From NCBI RefSeq assembly GCF_006345805.1, contig NC_043001.1:40176001-40240000 (forward strand): DNA of 64,000 nucleotides, read 5' to 3'. Positions 49,935 through 62,621 of the stretch are shown piece by piece (within the stretch, counting starts at the first letter, position 1; each line of letters opens with the position of its first letter). Below the pieces are notes generated by a model. That model searched no databases, was not told where the DNA came from, and was given only the letters and a program-made list of their open reading frames with translations. Origin of the DNA: Octopus sinensis. Taxonomy: Eukaryota. Made by a program: the position numbers and the translations under genes.

Positions 49935-50633
49935 CGTGGCTTTGTGGTAAGTAGCTTGCTTACCAACCACATGGTTCCGGGTTCATTCCCAATGCATGGC
50001 ACCTTGGGCAAGTGTCTTCTTCAATAGCCTTGGGTCGACCAAAGCCTTGTGAGTGGATTTGGTAGACAGAAACTAAAAGAAGCCTGTCGTATATATGTGT
50101 GTATATATATCATCATCATCATCATCATCATCGTTTAGCATCCGTTTTCCATGCTAGCATGGGTTGGACGGTTCTACTGGGGTCTGTGAAGCCAGAAGGC
50201 TTCATCAGGCCCAGTCAAATCTGGCAGTGTTTCTACGGCTGGATGCCCTTCCTAACGCCAACCACTCCGTGAGTGTAGTGGGTGCTTTTTACATGCCACC
50301 CGCACAGGTGCCAGACAGAGCTGGCAAACGGCCACGAACGGATGGTGCTTTTTATGTGCCACTGGCACGAGGGCCAGGCGAGGCTGGCAACGGATACGAA
50401 CGGATGGTGCTTTTTACGTGCCATCGGCACGAGGCCAGTCGGGGCGGTGCTGGCAATGGTCACGAAACGGAAGGTTCTCTTACATGCCACCGGCACTGGT
50501 AACACATCTGCAATTTTCATTGATCGATTTCGATTCTGATCCTCACTTGCCTCAACAGGTCTTCACAAGTAGAGTTTCAACATGCCACCGGCACTGGTAA
50601 CACATCTGCAATTTCCATTGATCGATTTCGATT
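49935..50633. mobile_element. SINE A 5' half with an antisense RTE 3' end in its central (TA) tract
   Basis: SINE head at 49935-50100, then (ATC)n and a well-preserved RTE 3' UTR with five hairpin units (50110-50633). Confidence 0.85.
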
Positions 50634-50658
50634 ATATATATATATATATATATATATA

Positions 50659-51350
50659 TCTTATTATAAAAGGCAGATTTTATCTGCCTCCCTTTGTCTC
50701 TTATAGAAATCTACAATATAGGATTTCTTCAATTACAATTTACCTAGCATTTTTAAGAGTAGAATGCATCGGGTTTTGCCAGGTCCACTTTTTAAAATTT
50801 CAACCCCAATTAAGCAAAATTTAGAGAAAACTCACATTGTGGTGTATGAGTCAAATGCTTCTCTTAGTGTGGTCTACAGCACACGCACACACACACACAC
50901 AGTGTGCAACGAATAAAGTAAAAGTAATTCACTGTGTGTGTGTTGACAGGTAGACAATAGAATGCGATGGCGATGGCGATGGCGATGTAATATTTGTTTC
51001 TGTCTATCACGCTGATAGATACATGAGTAAAATGTATGGGAAGCTAAGAGATAAGAGTGAGTGAAAATGTTCTTGGAAGAGAGTAAATAGCGAGAGAGTG
51101 ATTTGAGGAAGACTTTACATTAAATAACCGTAGTGGCTTGTCAAATGAAGAGGAGTGAAAGGGTACTGGAGGAAATAGGGTGAGTGAGGAAGATGGCCTC
51201 TAGCAACCACACCTTTTAAGATAGGGATTTCTAAGGTAGCCCACGAGCATCGTCACCTCATTCTACATGTCCCTGTAAATTTTGGAGCAAATCGGACGGG
51301 ATAAAGTTATCTCTAAGAAACAGAAAGATCGCCCAAAAGTGTATATAGAT
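50659..51350. mobile_element. Helitron/HINE-like non-autonomous element
   Basis: Starts TC-ttattataaaa with the subterminal hairpin aggcaga-tttta-tctgcct (50671-50689); internal (GCGATG)n; ends tatatagat. Confidence 0.55.
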
Positions 51351-51460
51351 ATTTAAATGTATTTATATATTCATCTATACACACATGTATGTATAATGTG
51401 CGTGTATATATTTCCATAGAGGTAACCATTCAATCCATACAAAGTTTTTTAGGACGAAAA

Positions 51461-52307
51461 TATTTATATATAAAAGAAAGGTTGTGTGTCTGTCTACTCC
51501 GATTTAGATTCCTAACTACTCCCACATTTTGTGATGCAGTTTAACCAAAACCGGGTATCTTATAGTCGTGATTCATATCGAGCCCTTCTGGGTATTAGCG
51601 CGCGTCTACGATGAGTCTATGATTTTACAAATAATTTACCATCATTTTTTTCCATTTTAATGCATATTTTTTTTAATAAAGGGAAGTAACTCTCAAACTT
51701 CACACCAATATGCGTGCTCATATGCGACGTAATATCACATCAGCAGCATTTTCCTCACACCCTCCTTGCACTTGGCGAAGGCAAAATACCAGGGGATGAA
51801 AATGGTAATATTGCCATCGATTCCATTTGTACCATTGTTAAAAGCCTTCTGATCTCAGAGATGCAGTGTTCCCAGATCTACAAGCTAATTATCAGAATAT
51901 GGATTGGATTGGCAAAAAGGCTATACTGGCCCTGAGGAATAAAACTGTTCACCATATTAATGATGAAATGCTAAAACTCATTCCTGGGGAAGTCTATGTA
52001 TATCAGTCTATCAATACAACTCCTGACCCAGAGGACGTCATCAACTATCCAATAGAGGTACTCAATTCCTTTGAGCACCCCGGACTACCACCACACTTTC
52101 TCAAACTTAAAGTTGGTGCCCCTATAATGCTCATCAGAAATTTGGTTCCCCCAAAACAATGCAATGGCACACGTTTGATCGTTAAGTCCTTATCTCCCAC
52201 CGTAAACTTATATCAATATTTGCCTGAATAATCATCATAATTCAGTGCAATCATTAACAGTACTTTCAAGCAATTCAGCCCCGAGCAACGCCGGGCAATT
52301 CTGCTAG
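51461..52307 (+). mobile_element. Internally deleted Helitron retaining a PIF1 helicase fragment
   Basis: Same 5' block as 7554; ORF 51866-52231 with AILALRN, YPIEVLNS, GLPPHFLKLKVGAPIMLIRNL, CNGTRL; 3' hairpin cccg-agcaacgc-cggg then CTAG|T at 52304-52307. Confidence 0.93.
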
Positions 52308-52344
52308 TATATATATATATATGTATGTATGTGTATGTATATGT

Positions 52345-52545
52345 TTGTGAGTCTGTGTTTGTTTCCCCAACATCACTTGACAACCGATGGTGGTGTGTTT
52401 ACATCCCCGTAACTTAGCAGTTGGGCAAAAGAGGCCGATGGAATAAGTACTAGACTTACAAAGAATAAATCCTGGGGTCGATTTGCTCGACTAAAGGCGG
52501 GGCTCCAGCATGGTCACAGTCAAATGACTGAAACAAGTAATAGAG
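52345..52545 (+). mobile_element. SINE family A 3' half
   Basis: ggtgtgtttacatccccgtaacttagcag...gactgaaacaagta. Confidence 0.85.
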
Positions 52546-52569
52546 AGAAAGAGAAAAAGAATATATATT

Positions 52570-52606
<37 letters not shown>

Positions 52607-53149
52607 TTACATGTGTGTGTGTGTGTGTGTTTGCATGTGTAAGTGTGAGTATGTGTGTGTGCGTGTATGCGTGTGTGTATGCATGTGTGTGTGTTTGTGT
52701 GCGTGCGTGCGTGCGTGCGTGCGTGTGTGTGTGCGTGCGCGCGTGCGCAAGTGATTTTGTATTTGCTTTTCTCTGAAAATCACTGAGCTATAAGGTGTGT
52801 TGTCATCATTTTCCCTACAAAATCCCTTACTTTTCAAAGAGGTACGGGTTAGTGACAGGAAAGGCATCCAGCTGTAAAAAAAAGAATGCCTCAATAATAT
52901 ATTGATCTAGCCCATGCTAGCATAGAAAACAGACATAAGACGAACATATATATATACTGTATAGTTCCATTATAGCTAGGAAAACAAAAAAGTACTCCAT
53001 CCAGAGAGAAATGATTATCATTTAATATACACAATTTAGAAAAAAGCTACAAAGCAATCTTTCAGGCTCAATGCATATCATTTATCTCCAGTTGCTTATA
53101 TATCACTAAAGCATGAAACTATTAGTAGCTATTTTGTAAATTGTGTATA

Positions 53150-53240
53150 TTAAATGATGTATCTGTGTGTATGTGCATGTGAGTGTATGTATGTCTATTT
53201 GTATGTGTGTGTATGTATGTATGTATGTATATTTGTGTGC

Positions 53241-53294
<54 letters not shown>

Positions 53295-53325
53295 TTGTAT
53301 GTATATATATATATTAGTATATATG

Positions 53326-53397
<72 letters not shown>

Positions 53398-53478
53398 TAT
53401 ATATATATGTGTATATACATATATATGTATATATGTGTATGTGTTAGTGTGTATGTGTATGTTTGTACGTATGTATAT

Positions 53479-53515
<37 letters not shown>

Positions 53516-53525
53516 TGTATGTATC
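53150..53525. repeat. Compound (TATG)/(TA) microsatellite
   Basis: Visible low-complexity tract; explains the ORFs between 53106 and 53652. Confidence 0.95.
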
Positions 53526-53975
53526 ACCATCATTTAACATCTATTTTCCATGCTGGCATGGATTGGACAGTTTATTATGGTCCAGTGAGCTGCAGGGCAA
53601 CATCAACATACATGCACCTGAAAAAGGGTTAAAGGTCCTTCCCAAGCCATAGGCTCATACAATCAGTTTCCCAGATTCCATGGTGTATATATTCCTCACT
53701 GGATGTGATGCTGGTCCATTACAGGATTACTCATTTTTACCAGTGAGGGACTGGAGCAATGAGAAATGAAATGCTTTGCTCAAGAACACAATGCTTTGCC
53801 CAGTCCAGGCATCAAAACCACAATCTTATAATCATGAGTACAGCAATATAACCACTAAGCCATGCTATTCCAGACAGACAGGCAGACTCATACATGTAAA
53901 TGTGAGTGTGTGTGCATGTACATACTTACATACATAAAATTAATATAAACAACTAATATAAACAATTTATATAAA

Positions 53976-54390
53976 CGTAGGAGTGGCTGTGTGGTAAGTA
54001 GCTTGCTTACCAACCACATGGTTCTGGGTTCAGTTCCACTGCGTGGCACCTTGGGTAAGTGTCTTCTACTATAGCCTCAGGCTGACCAAAGCCTTGTGAG
54101 TGGATTTGGTGGACGAAAACTGAAAGAAGCCTGTCATATATATGTATATATATACATATGTATGTGTGTGTGTATATGTTTGTGTTTCTGTGTTTGTCCC
54201 CCCAACATCGCTTGACAACCGATGCTGGTGTGTTTACGTCCCTGTAACTTAGCGGTTCAGCAAAAGAGATCAATAGAATAAGTACTAGGCTTCCAAAGAA
54301 TAAATCCTGGGGTCGATTTGCTTGACTAAAGGCAGTGCTCCATCATGGCCACAGTCAAAGGACTGAAACAAGTAAAAGAGTAAAAGAGTA
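53976..54390 (+). mobile_element. Best-preserved full-length SINE family A
   Basis: Pol III-type A-box (tggctgtgtggtaag) and B-box (gggttcagttcc), central microsatellite, conserved 3' half, (TAAAAGAG) tail. Confidence 0.92.
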
Positions 54391-54421
54391 ACTAGGCACA
54401 ATGTAATATCATAAAGGAAAA

Positions 54422-54661
54422 ATTTAATCGTCACTAAATGTGATTAAGGGTGCTGAAGCACCTACATTGCAAGAAATAAGAGTTAAAATACTCTTAATGT
54501 TGTAAGAAGAGCGCAATATATACATACACTGACAGGAGAGGTTACTTCTGTCAGTATATGTATATATTGTGCTCTTCTTATAACGGTAAGAGTATTTTAA
54601 CTCTTATTTTTTGCAATGTAGGTGCTTTGGTACCCTTAGTCAAACTTAGTGATGATTAAAT
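54422..54661. mobile_element. Near-perfect 240-bp palindrome (MITE-like)
   Basis: 54422-54538 pairs with 54545-54661 around the 6-nt loop aggtta; followed by (TACA)n. Confidence 0.85.
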
Positions 54662-54704
54662 ACATACATACATACATACATACATACATACATACATACA
54701 TACA

Positions 54705-54735
<31 letters not shown>

Positions 54736-55139
54736 TGTGTATATATGCACATATATGCACATTTTGAATGAGTTAACTAGGAAAATAACCTTGTTATTTA
54801 TTTGTTGTTAACAGTTCAATGAACACATTCACTGTCTTAACAAGTTTTATATGATAATCTAATTTCAGTTTGTGATAATCTTTTAATCTCTTATATAAGT
54901 AGCAGTTTGGTAATTTGTTGTGCTTATATTGTCAGAGCTTAAATTAATCCTTAAAAATTGGCATAAACATATGATTAATTTGTAATTCTTCAAATGTTCA
55001 GTTTTAGATTATATAACATGTAAAACATATTACACTAAAAGCATAATATACAAAAAGATATCTATCGTGTCTGACTTTCTTGAAGAAGAGACCTACAATG
55101 TCATTTGGTGCATTTTCCCACTTTTATATCAGGAAAAAT

Positions 55140-55945
55140 ACCATTCGAGCGTGATTGTTACCTGCGTCACTTTACCAGCACTTGTGCTGGTGGCACACGA
55201 AAAAACATTCAAGCAAGGTCGTTGCCAGTGCCGCTAGACTGGCTCCTGTGCAGGTGGCACATAAAGAGCACCATTTGAGCGTGGCCGTTGCCAGTACCAC
55301 CTGCACATCAAAGCACCCACTACACTCTCGGAGCTGTTGGCGTTAGGAAGGGCATCCAGCTGTAGAAACTCTGCCAGATCAGACTGGAGTCTGATGCAGC
55401 CATGTGGTTCGCCAGACCTCAGTCAAATTGTCCAACCCATGCCAGCATGGAAAGCGGACGTTAAACGATGATGATAATGATGATGATAAATATGTATATA
55501 TATCACCGTGACCGTGACTGACCAGGCTATTAGATGTTGCTACACATCGGTGATCACAATGCGCTTCGCATTGTTTTAGCCTTCAAATGATGCCACCCCA
55601 CTGGCAATGACAATGACTAGTGACCAGGACTTTTGGAAATATGCTGTGCTTGAGAAGACTCAGCAAGTCAAGTGAGACCATAACCTCGTGGCCTATGCCA
55701 GGGATGTAACCAGCCCACTTATATAATGCATACGTTTCCTTCATTGGACACTAAACTCTGCTTGCAAAGACCTGTTGAGGCAAGTGAAATCGAAATCAAA
55801 ATCGAAATCAAATTCGATGACTGGCATCCGTGCTAGTGGGGTGCTAAGAGTGCCATCCGAGTGTGATCATTGCCAGAGCAACAAACTGGCTTCAGTGCTT
55901 GTGACACGTAAAAAGCACCATTCAAGTGTGATCATTACCTGCCTA
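55140..55945 (+). mobile_element. Two 5'-truncated RTE 3' ends
   Basis: Hairpin units, ggaagggcatccagc and (GAT)n tail at 55140-55487; second copy from the ORF end (gaccaggacttttggaaatatgc) at ~55620-55945. Confidence 0.8.
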
Positions 55946-55958
55946 TATATGATATATA

Positions 55959-56446
55959 GGCATAGGAGTGGCTGTGTTGGAAGTAGCTTACTTACAAACC
56001 ACGTGGTTCCAGGTTCAGTCCCACTGCATAGCACCTTGGGCAAGTGTCTTCTACTATAGCCTTGGGCCAACCAATCCTTGTGAGAGGATTTGGTAGATGG
56101 AAATTGAAAGAAGCCCGTCATATATATGTATATGTATGTGTGTGTATATGTTTGTGTGTCTGTGTTTGTCCCACCAACATCGCTTGACAACTGAAATCTG
56201 GTGTGTTTACATCCCCATAACATAGCAGTTCAGTAAAAGAGCCGATAAAAGAGCTGATAAAATAAGTACTGGGGTTGATTTGCATGACTAAAGGTGGTGC
56301 TCCAGCATTGCCACAGACAAATGACTGAAACAAATAAAAGAGTAAAGAGTATACATACATAGGCGCGGAGTGGCTGTGTGGTAAGTAGCTTGCTTACCAA
56401 CCACATGTGAGTGGATTTAGTAGACGGAAACAGAAAGAAGCCTGTC

Positions 56447-56520
<74 letters not shown>

Positions 56521-56727
56521 TTGTGTGTCTGTATTTGTCCTCCCAACATCACTTGACAACCAATGCTAGTGTGTTTACATCCCTGTTTACATTCAACAAA
56601 AGAGAACCGATAGAATAAGTACTAGGCTTACAAAGATTAAGTCAAGGGGTCGATTTGTTCAACTAAAGGCAGTGCTCCAGCATAGCCGCAGTCAAATGAC
56701 TGAAACAAATAAAAAAATAAAAGAATA
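55959..56727 (+). mobile_element. Two tandem SINE family A copies
   Basis: Heads at 55959 and 56362, each with a microsatellite core and AAAAG-type tail. Confidence 0.88.
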
Positions 56728-56757
56728 TATAACATATATATATGATATATATACATA

Positions 56758-56834
<77 letters not shown>

Positions 56835-56895
56835 TATATATATGTATATATTATATATATATGTATATATATTATATATATATTATATTTATATG

Positions 56896-56927
<32 letters not shown>

Positions 56928-56983
56928 ATATACACATACATATATATATATATATGTATTATATACATATACATATATATATA

Positions 56984-57840
56984 GGTCATGAGACTGTCTC
57001 ATTTGGCTTGCAGGGTCTTCTCAAGCATAGCATTTTTCCAAAAGTCTCAGTCACTAGTCATTTCCTCAGTGAGGCCTAAAGTTCAAAGGTCGTGCTTCAC
57101 CACTTCATCCCAGGTCTTCTTAGGTCTACCTCTTCCACAGGTTCCCTCAACCGCTAGCGTTTGGCATTTTTTCACACAGCTATCCTCATCCATTCTCGCC
57201 ACATGACCATACCAATGCTTCTTAGGTCCAACTTTTCTCTCAAGCTACTTACACTCTGTCGAGTATGCACACTGACATTACACATCCATCAGATCATACT
57301 GCCTTCATTCCTTGTGAGCTGATGCATGTCCTCAGCAGTCATGGCCCATGTTTTACTGCTATGTAGCATGGCTGTTCATACACATGCGTCATACAGTCTA
57401 CTTTTTACTCTGAGAGAGAGGCCCTTTGTCACCAGCAGAGGTAAGAGCTCTCTGAACTTTGCCCAGGCTATTCTTATTCTAGCAGCTACACTTTCAGCAC
57501 ACCCTCCCCCGCAACTGACTTGGTCACCTAGGTAACGGAAGTTATCAACTACTTCTAGTTTTTCTCCCTGGAATGTGACAGATTTTGTTCTCTGCACATT
57601 TTCAGTGTTTATTGCTCCTGAGCATCTGCCACATACAAAAACTATCTTCCCAGTTAGCCTTCCTTTGGTATTGCTGCACCTCTTATGCGTCCATAGCTTA
57701 CACTGGGTACATCTTATAGTATTTCTACCTATGTTTCTACTACGGATCAAGCAGGGCCATCTACCTGAAGGGATTTGTGGTTTGCCTGCCTTCCTACTTA
57801 TTAAGACTTTGGTTCAAGCTAGGTTGACTCAAAGGCCCTT
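56984..57840 (-). mobile_element. RTE LINE RT 3' region (antisense)
   Basis: ORF 57376-57750: CTQCKLWTHKRC...CGRC, LEVVDNFRYLGD, AWAKFRELLPLL; continues to GRPKKTWDEVVKHDL. Confidence 0.9.
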
Positions 57841-57853
57841 TGATTCTAATCCT

Positions 57854-57887
<34 letters not shown>

Positions 57888-58088
57888 CAGCTTCTTTCAG
57901 TTTCCATCTACCAATTTCACTCACAAGGCTTTGGTGGGCTTGAGGCTATAGTAGAAGACACTTGCCCAATGTGGAACTGAACCCAGAACCATGTGGTTGA
58001 GATGCAAGCTTCTAACTACACAGTCACATATATTTGGGAAAATTTATAGAAATGGCTTTTCTGATAACTTTTCCATTTTAATATATAT

Positions 58089-58950
58089 CAGTGTTCATAC
58101 CCAACAGAGTGTAAATGCCTTGAGAGAAAAGTTGAACCTAAGAAGCATCAGATGTGGTGTGCAAGAGAGACGTCTACGCTGGTATGGACACGTGGTAAGA
58201 ATGGATGAAGATAGTTGTGTGAAAAAGTGCCACACCATGGTGGTTGAGGGAACCTGTGGAAGAGGTAGACCCAGGAAAACCTAGGACGAGGTGGTGAAAC
58301 ACGACCTTCACTCTTTAGGTCTCACCGAGGAAATGACCAGAGACCGAGACCTTTGGAAGTATGCTTGAGAAGACCCGGTAGGACAAGTGAGGCCATAACC
58401 CATGGCCCCTACCTGGGATGTAGTCAGTCCACCTATGCATACCTTCCTTCTTGGGACACATAACTCTTCTTGTGAAGACCTGTTGAGGCAAGTGAAAATC
58501 AAAATCAAAGAATTAAATCAAATTCAAAATCGATCCACATCAATGGAATTTGTAGTTTGTGGTACCAGTGCTGGTGGCACATAAGAGAACCATCCGAACG
58601 TGGCCGTAGCCAGCACCGCATCGACTGGCTTCTGTGCTGGTGGCATGTAACAAACACCATCTGATCGTGGCCGTGCCAGCCTCGCCTGGCCTCTGTGCCA
58701 GTGGCACATAAAAAACACTATCCGAGCGTGGCCGTTCGCCAGCCTCGTCTGGCACCTGTGTCGGTGGCACATAAAAAGCACCCACTACACTCACGGAGTG
58801 GTTGGCATTAGGAAGGGCATCCAGCTGTAGAAACATCGCCAGATCTGACTGGCCTGGTGCAGCCTTCGGGCTTCCCAGACCCCAGTTGAACCATCCAACC
58901 CATGCTAGCATGGAAAGCAGACGTTAAACGATGATGATGATGATGATGAT
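58089..58950 (+). mobile_element. RTE LINE 3' end with full 3' UTR
   Basis: ORF 57991-58284 end (RRLRWYGHVVRM...GRGRPRKT), three hairpin units, (GAT)n tail. Confidence 0.92.
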
Positions 58951-60659
58951 ATATAAATATGTATGAATGCATGCATGTATGAGAAAGCAGTGTATGCCAT
59001 CAAAGTGATACTGGGGAAAATACATAAAGCCAGGTATACCCAACATGACTACTCATCTGATTAGGATACACCAGGCACATGCATCACAACCATATATGCA
59101 CGACATGGTGGTCTCATATCAAGATAAACAGTGCATGACCTTGCAGGTGGGGCCCAGTTAGAATTTTCTTCTGATCAAGTAGCCCATCCTACTCAAAGGT
59201 CCTTGAATAAGGGTTGTTTGAGGATGTTATATGAAACACCAATTTTTCCAAAGGGAAATTATCCAAACCCCAAAGAATTTCTCTCAACACATAGCTATGA
59301 TGCTCTCTCACTACTTCTGCTCATGATCAAAGATGCACATATCGTCAGCCATTAAGAGACATGCTTAACTGGTTAAGGTCAAACAACTGACAAGCAATCT
59401 GTGTATATATGTATGTATTTATGTGTGACATAATTTTAAAAAATTAAAAAATACATGTTCATTATGGACTTCCAGTAATGTATGCACAATGATACACTGT
59501 AACCTGTTTTATCCTGACTTTGGCCAGAAGGAAGTATTCATGATTGGACAACAGTTTATACACATGCATGAACACAAGTAACCTGTCATATGAATTTCTA
59601 CTTGGCAACCATTGCATTTTGAATAACTCTAAAATGTTGCATGCTTTGCCAGCATTCTACTAAGAATTAATTTCATTACTTGGCATACCAACACACATAT
59701 AATAATGAGAAATAATAATAATGAGATTATTGTATACAGTGCTTAGGTGCACCACAACTTGTCAAAAGTGCATATAAAGCATATGCAGTAATATACAAAT
59801 GTTTGGAAAGTGAACAGTGTATGAGTCAGATACATGCTTGTGTGTGTATGGAGGGGAGAAAATCAGGTGTAGAGTTGGCGAGTGCCCTGCCACTTTCTTT
59901 CCTCATAATTTCCAGAAAAATAGATTTTTTTAATGAAAAATTCTACAAATGCCTTTTAGATGGTGTAGATTCCAATTACATTGGAATTTATGAAAACATT
60001 TTTCAGTGATTGAGGAGAGAAAGTAACATTTGTTTCCTCTTAACTTTCAGAAAATTGGATATTTTCTTATTAAATTTTCTACAAATACCTTTCAGAGTGT
60101 GTAGATTGTGATGATATTGGAACTTAATATGGAAAAAAATTGACAGGCTCGCGCACATACATACTGACACATATCACATATATCTACAAAATGGAACTTG
60201 AAATTTAAAAAAAAATTGTGATGTGTATCAATTTGAATGTGTGTGTGTGCTCACTTTGTTTGGAGTCAGAATAGGAAGCAGTGTTGGCCAATGACACATA
60301 AGTTGGGGGAGAGAGAGATGACTAGTCATGGGCTAGGTTGTGAGAGTGTGGAGGGAGAGGCAGGTGTAGTACATGGGGAGAGTGAAAGATGTATGGTAGT
60401 GGAGAAGGAAAGATAATTTGATGACTCAAGATGATGATCAATATAGAATGTAGATGAAGACAGTATTGAGAATGAAGGATAAATATCAGCTAAAATGGTT
60501 CTGAGTAGTGAGAATGATAAGTGGTATCAGGGAAAAGTGTGCGGTTTTACTCACATTGAATTACAGCAGAAGGATACTGCAGTTAGTAAGATGATGATTG
60601 ATGGGGGGAGGGGTCTTGAGAAGGAAATTATGTAAGGAACCAGTTGTGCATATATACAC

Positions 60660-61095
60660 ATTGTACTTTCAGAATGATGTTTCATCAAATGAGCAGGTCT
60701 TCTCAAGAACCACATATTATCAGTCAAGCTAGTCCCTTGTCATCCCCTCTTTGAGGTTCAAGATCCTGAGATCTTCCTTCAGTACTTCACTTCGTGTCTT
60801 CCTAGGTCACACTCTTCAACAAACTCCATCAACATTAAGTGATTAGAACTTCTTTATGCAGCTGTCCTCATCCATATACATCACATATCCATACCTGCAC
60901 AGTCTTCTCAATTGCATACTACATCTAATTCCTCTTATGCCTAGATATTCTCTCAACACATTTGGAATATGCTAGCTTTATTTCTTTCCAGTTTTTTTCA
61001 CCTTCTTTCCATTCAAGATCTATGTCTCACTACCGTACAGCATTACAGTTCTAACACAAGCATCATACAATCTACCCTTCACTCTGAGGGGAAAA
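60660..61095 (-). mobile_element. Degenerate RTE RT relic
   Basis: Antisense match to the LYDACV...RWYG...GRPRKT region (gtcttcctaggtc, catcatacaatctacc). Confidence 0.7.
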
Positions 61096-61327
61096 CCTTT
61101 GGTTACTAGCAACAATAGAAGCTCCCTAACCTTTTTCAAACTCATTCTTACCCTATATATATAGTGGTTGGCGTTAGGAAGGGCATCCAGCTGTAGAATC
61201 TCTACCAGATCAGATTGGAGCCTGGTGCAGCCATCTGGTTCACCAGTCCTCAGTCAAATCGTCCAACCCATGCTAGCATGGAAAGCAAACGTTAAATGAT
61301 GATGATGATGATTATATATATATATAT

Positions 61328-62209
61328 AAGCATTAGATATGGTGTGCAAGAGAGACGACTGCGCTGGTATGGTTATGTGGCGAGAATGGATGAGGATAGC
61401 TGTGTGAAAAAGTGCCACACCCTAGCGGTTGAGGGAACCTGTGGAAGAGGTAGACCCAGGAAGACCTGGGATGAAGTGGTGAAGCACGACCTTCGAACAT
61501 TAGGTCTCACCAAGGAAATGACTAGCGACTGAGACTTTTGGAAATATACTGTGCTCGAGAAGACCCGGCAAGCCAATGAGACCATAACCCGTGGCCTATG
61601 CCAGGAGCATAACCAGCCCGTTTATGCATACCTTTTCCTTCTTTGGTCACTAAACTCTGCTTGTGAAGACCTGTTGAGGCAAGTGAAATCAAAATCAATT
61701 TGATGACTGGCATCTGTGCTAGTGGGGTGCAAAGAGCACCATACAAGTGTGATCATTGACAGAGCGGCTATTCAAGTATGATCATTACCAGCGTCGCCTT
61801 ACTTGCATTTATGCCTGTGCTAGTCGAGTGCCAAGAGCACCATCCAAGTGTGATCGTTGCCAGAGCAGCCAACTGGCTTCCATCCCCGTGGCACGTAAAA
61901 GGGCACCATTCGAGTGAGATCGTTACCAACGTCGCTTCACTGGCACGTGTAAAAAGATTCAAGCGAGGTCATTGCCAGTACCGCCCGACTGGCCCCCATG
62001 CCGATGGCATGTAAAAAGCATCCACTACACTCTCGGAGTGGTTGGCGTTAGGAAGGGAATCCAGCTGTAGAAACTCTGCCAAATCAAGATTGGAGCCTGG
62101 TGCAGCCATCTGGTTTTCCAGCCCTCAGTCAAAATCATCCAACCCATGCTAGCAAGGAAGCATGGAAAGCGGATGTTAAACGATGATGATGATGATGATG
62201 ATGATGATG

Positions 62210-62211
<2 letters not shown>
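61328..62211 (+). mobile_element. RTE LINE 3' end with the longest hairpin-unit array
   Basis: ORF 61296-61532 (RRLRWYGYVARM...TWDEVVKHDLRTLGLT), about five repeat units at 61700-62020, ggaagggaatccagc, (GAT)n tail into (TA)n. Confidence 0.92.
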
Positions 62212-62263
<52 letters not shown>

Positions 62264-62282
62264 ATGTATGTATGTATGTATA

Positions 62283-62620
62283 CTAGCAGTAATACCTGTT
62301 GTTGATCAGGTAATTACTTTTACTGTTTTTCGGGTGCCACATTCAAAGTATTATTATATATATATAATTTACTCCTCCTGTATGTGTGTATTTTTATAAG
62401 AGAAAACTATGTAATAACTGAAGTAGAAAAAATATCTATTTCATACATGAACTTGTGTTTGTTTATTATATGACAATAATAAGTGAGTTGTGTGTGTTAT
62501 TTTATTTATTAATACAGCAATGGCAATTATATTATATTACAATAGAAAAAAACATGTAATAATTGAAGTAGGAAAAAGATCAATTTCATACATGAATTTC
62601 TGTTGGTTTATTCTATAATA
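62283..62620 (-). mobile_element. Helitron 3' end (antisense), truncated by a mariner
   Basis: Minus strand acctg-atcaacaa-caggt hairpin, then attactgCTAG|T ending at 62283; internal ~67-bp diverged duplication. Confidence 0.65.
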
Positions 62621-62621
62621 A

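Noticed and set aside
53976-54050. tRNA gene candidates (also 35632, 43325, 19345-19420)
   Set aside because: A/B boxes are present but there is no convincing cloverleaf, and they continue into SINE bodies; these are SINE heads.
58560-58790. CRISPR-like look of the repeat-plus-variable-loop array
   Set aside because: Eukaryotic context, no cas genes, variable parts only 5-12 nt, and the array is inside a LINE 3' UTR.
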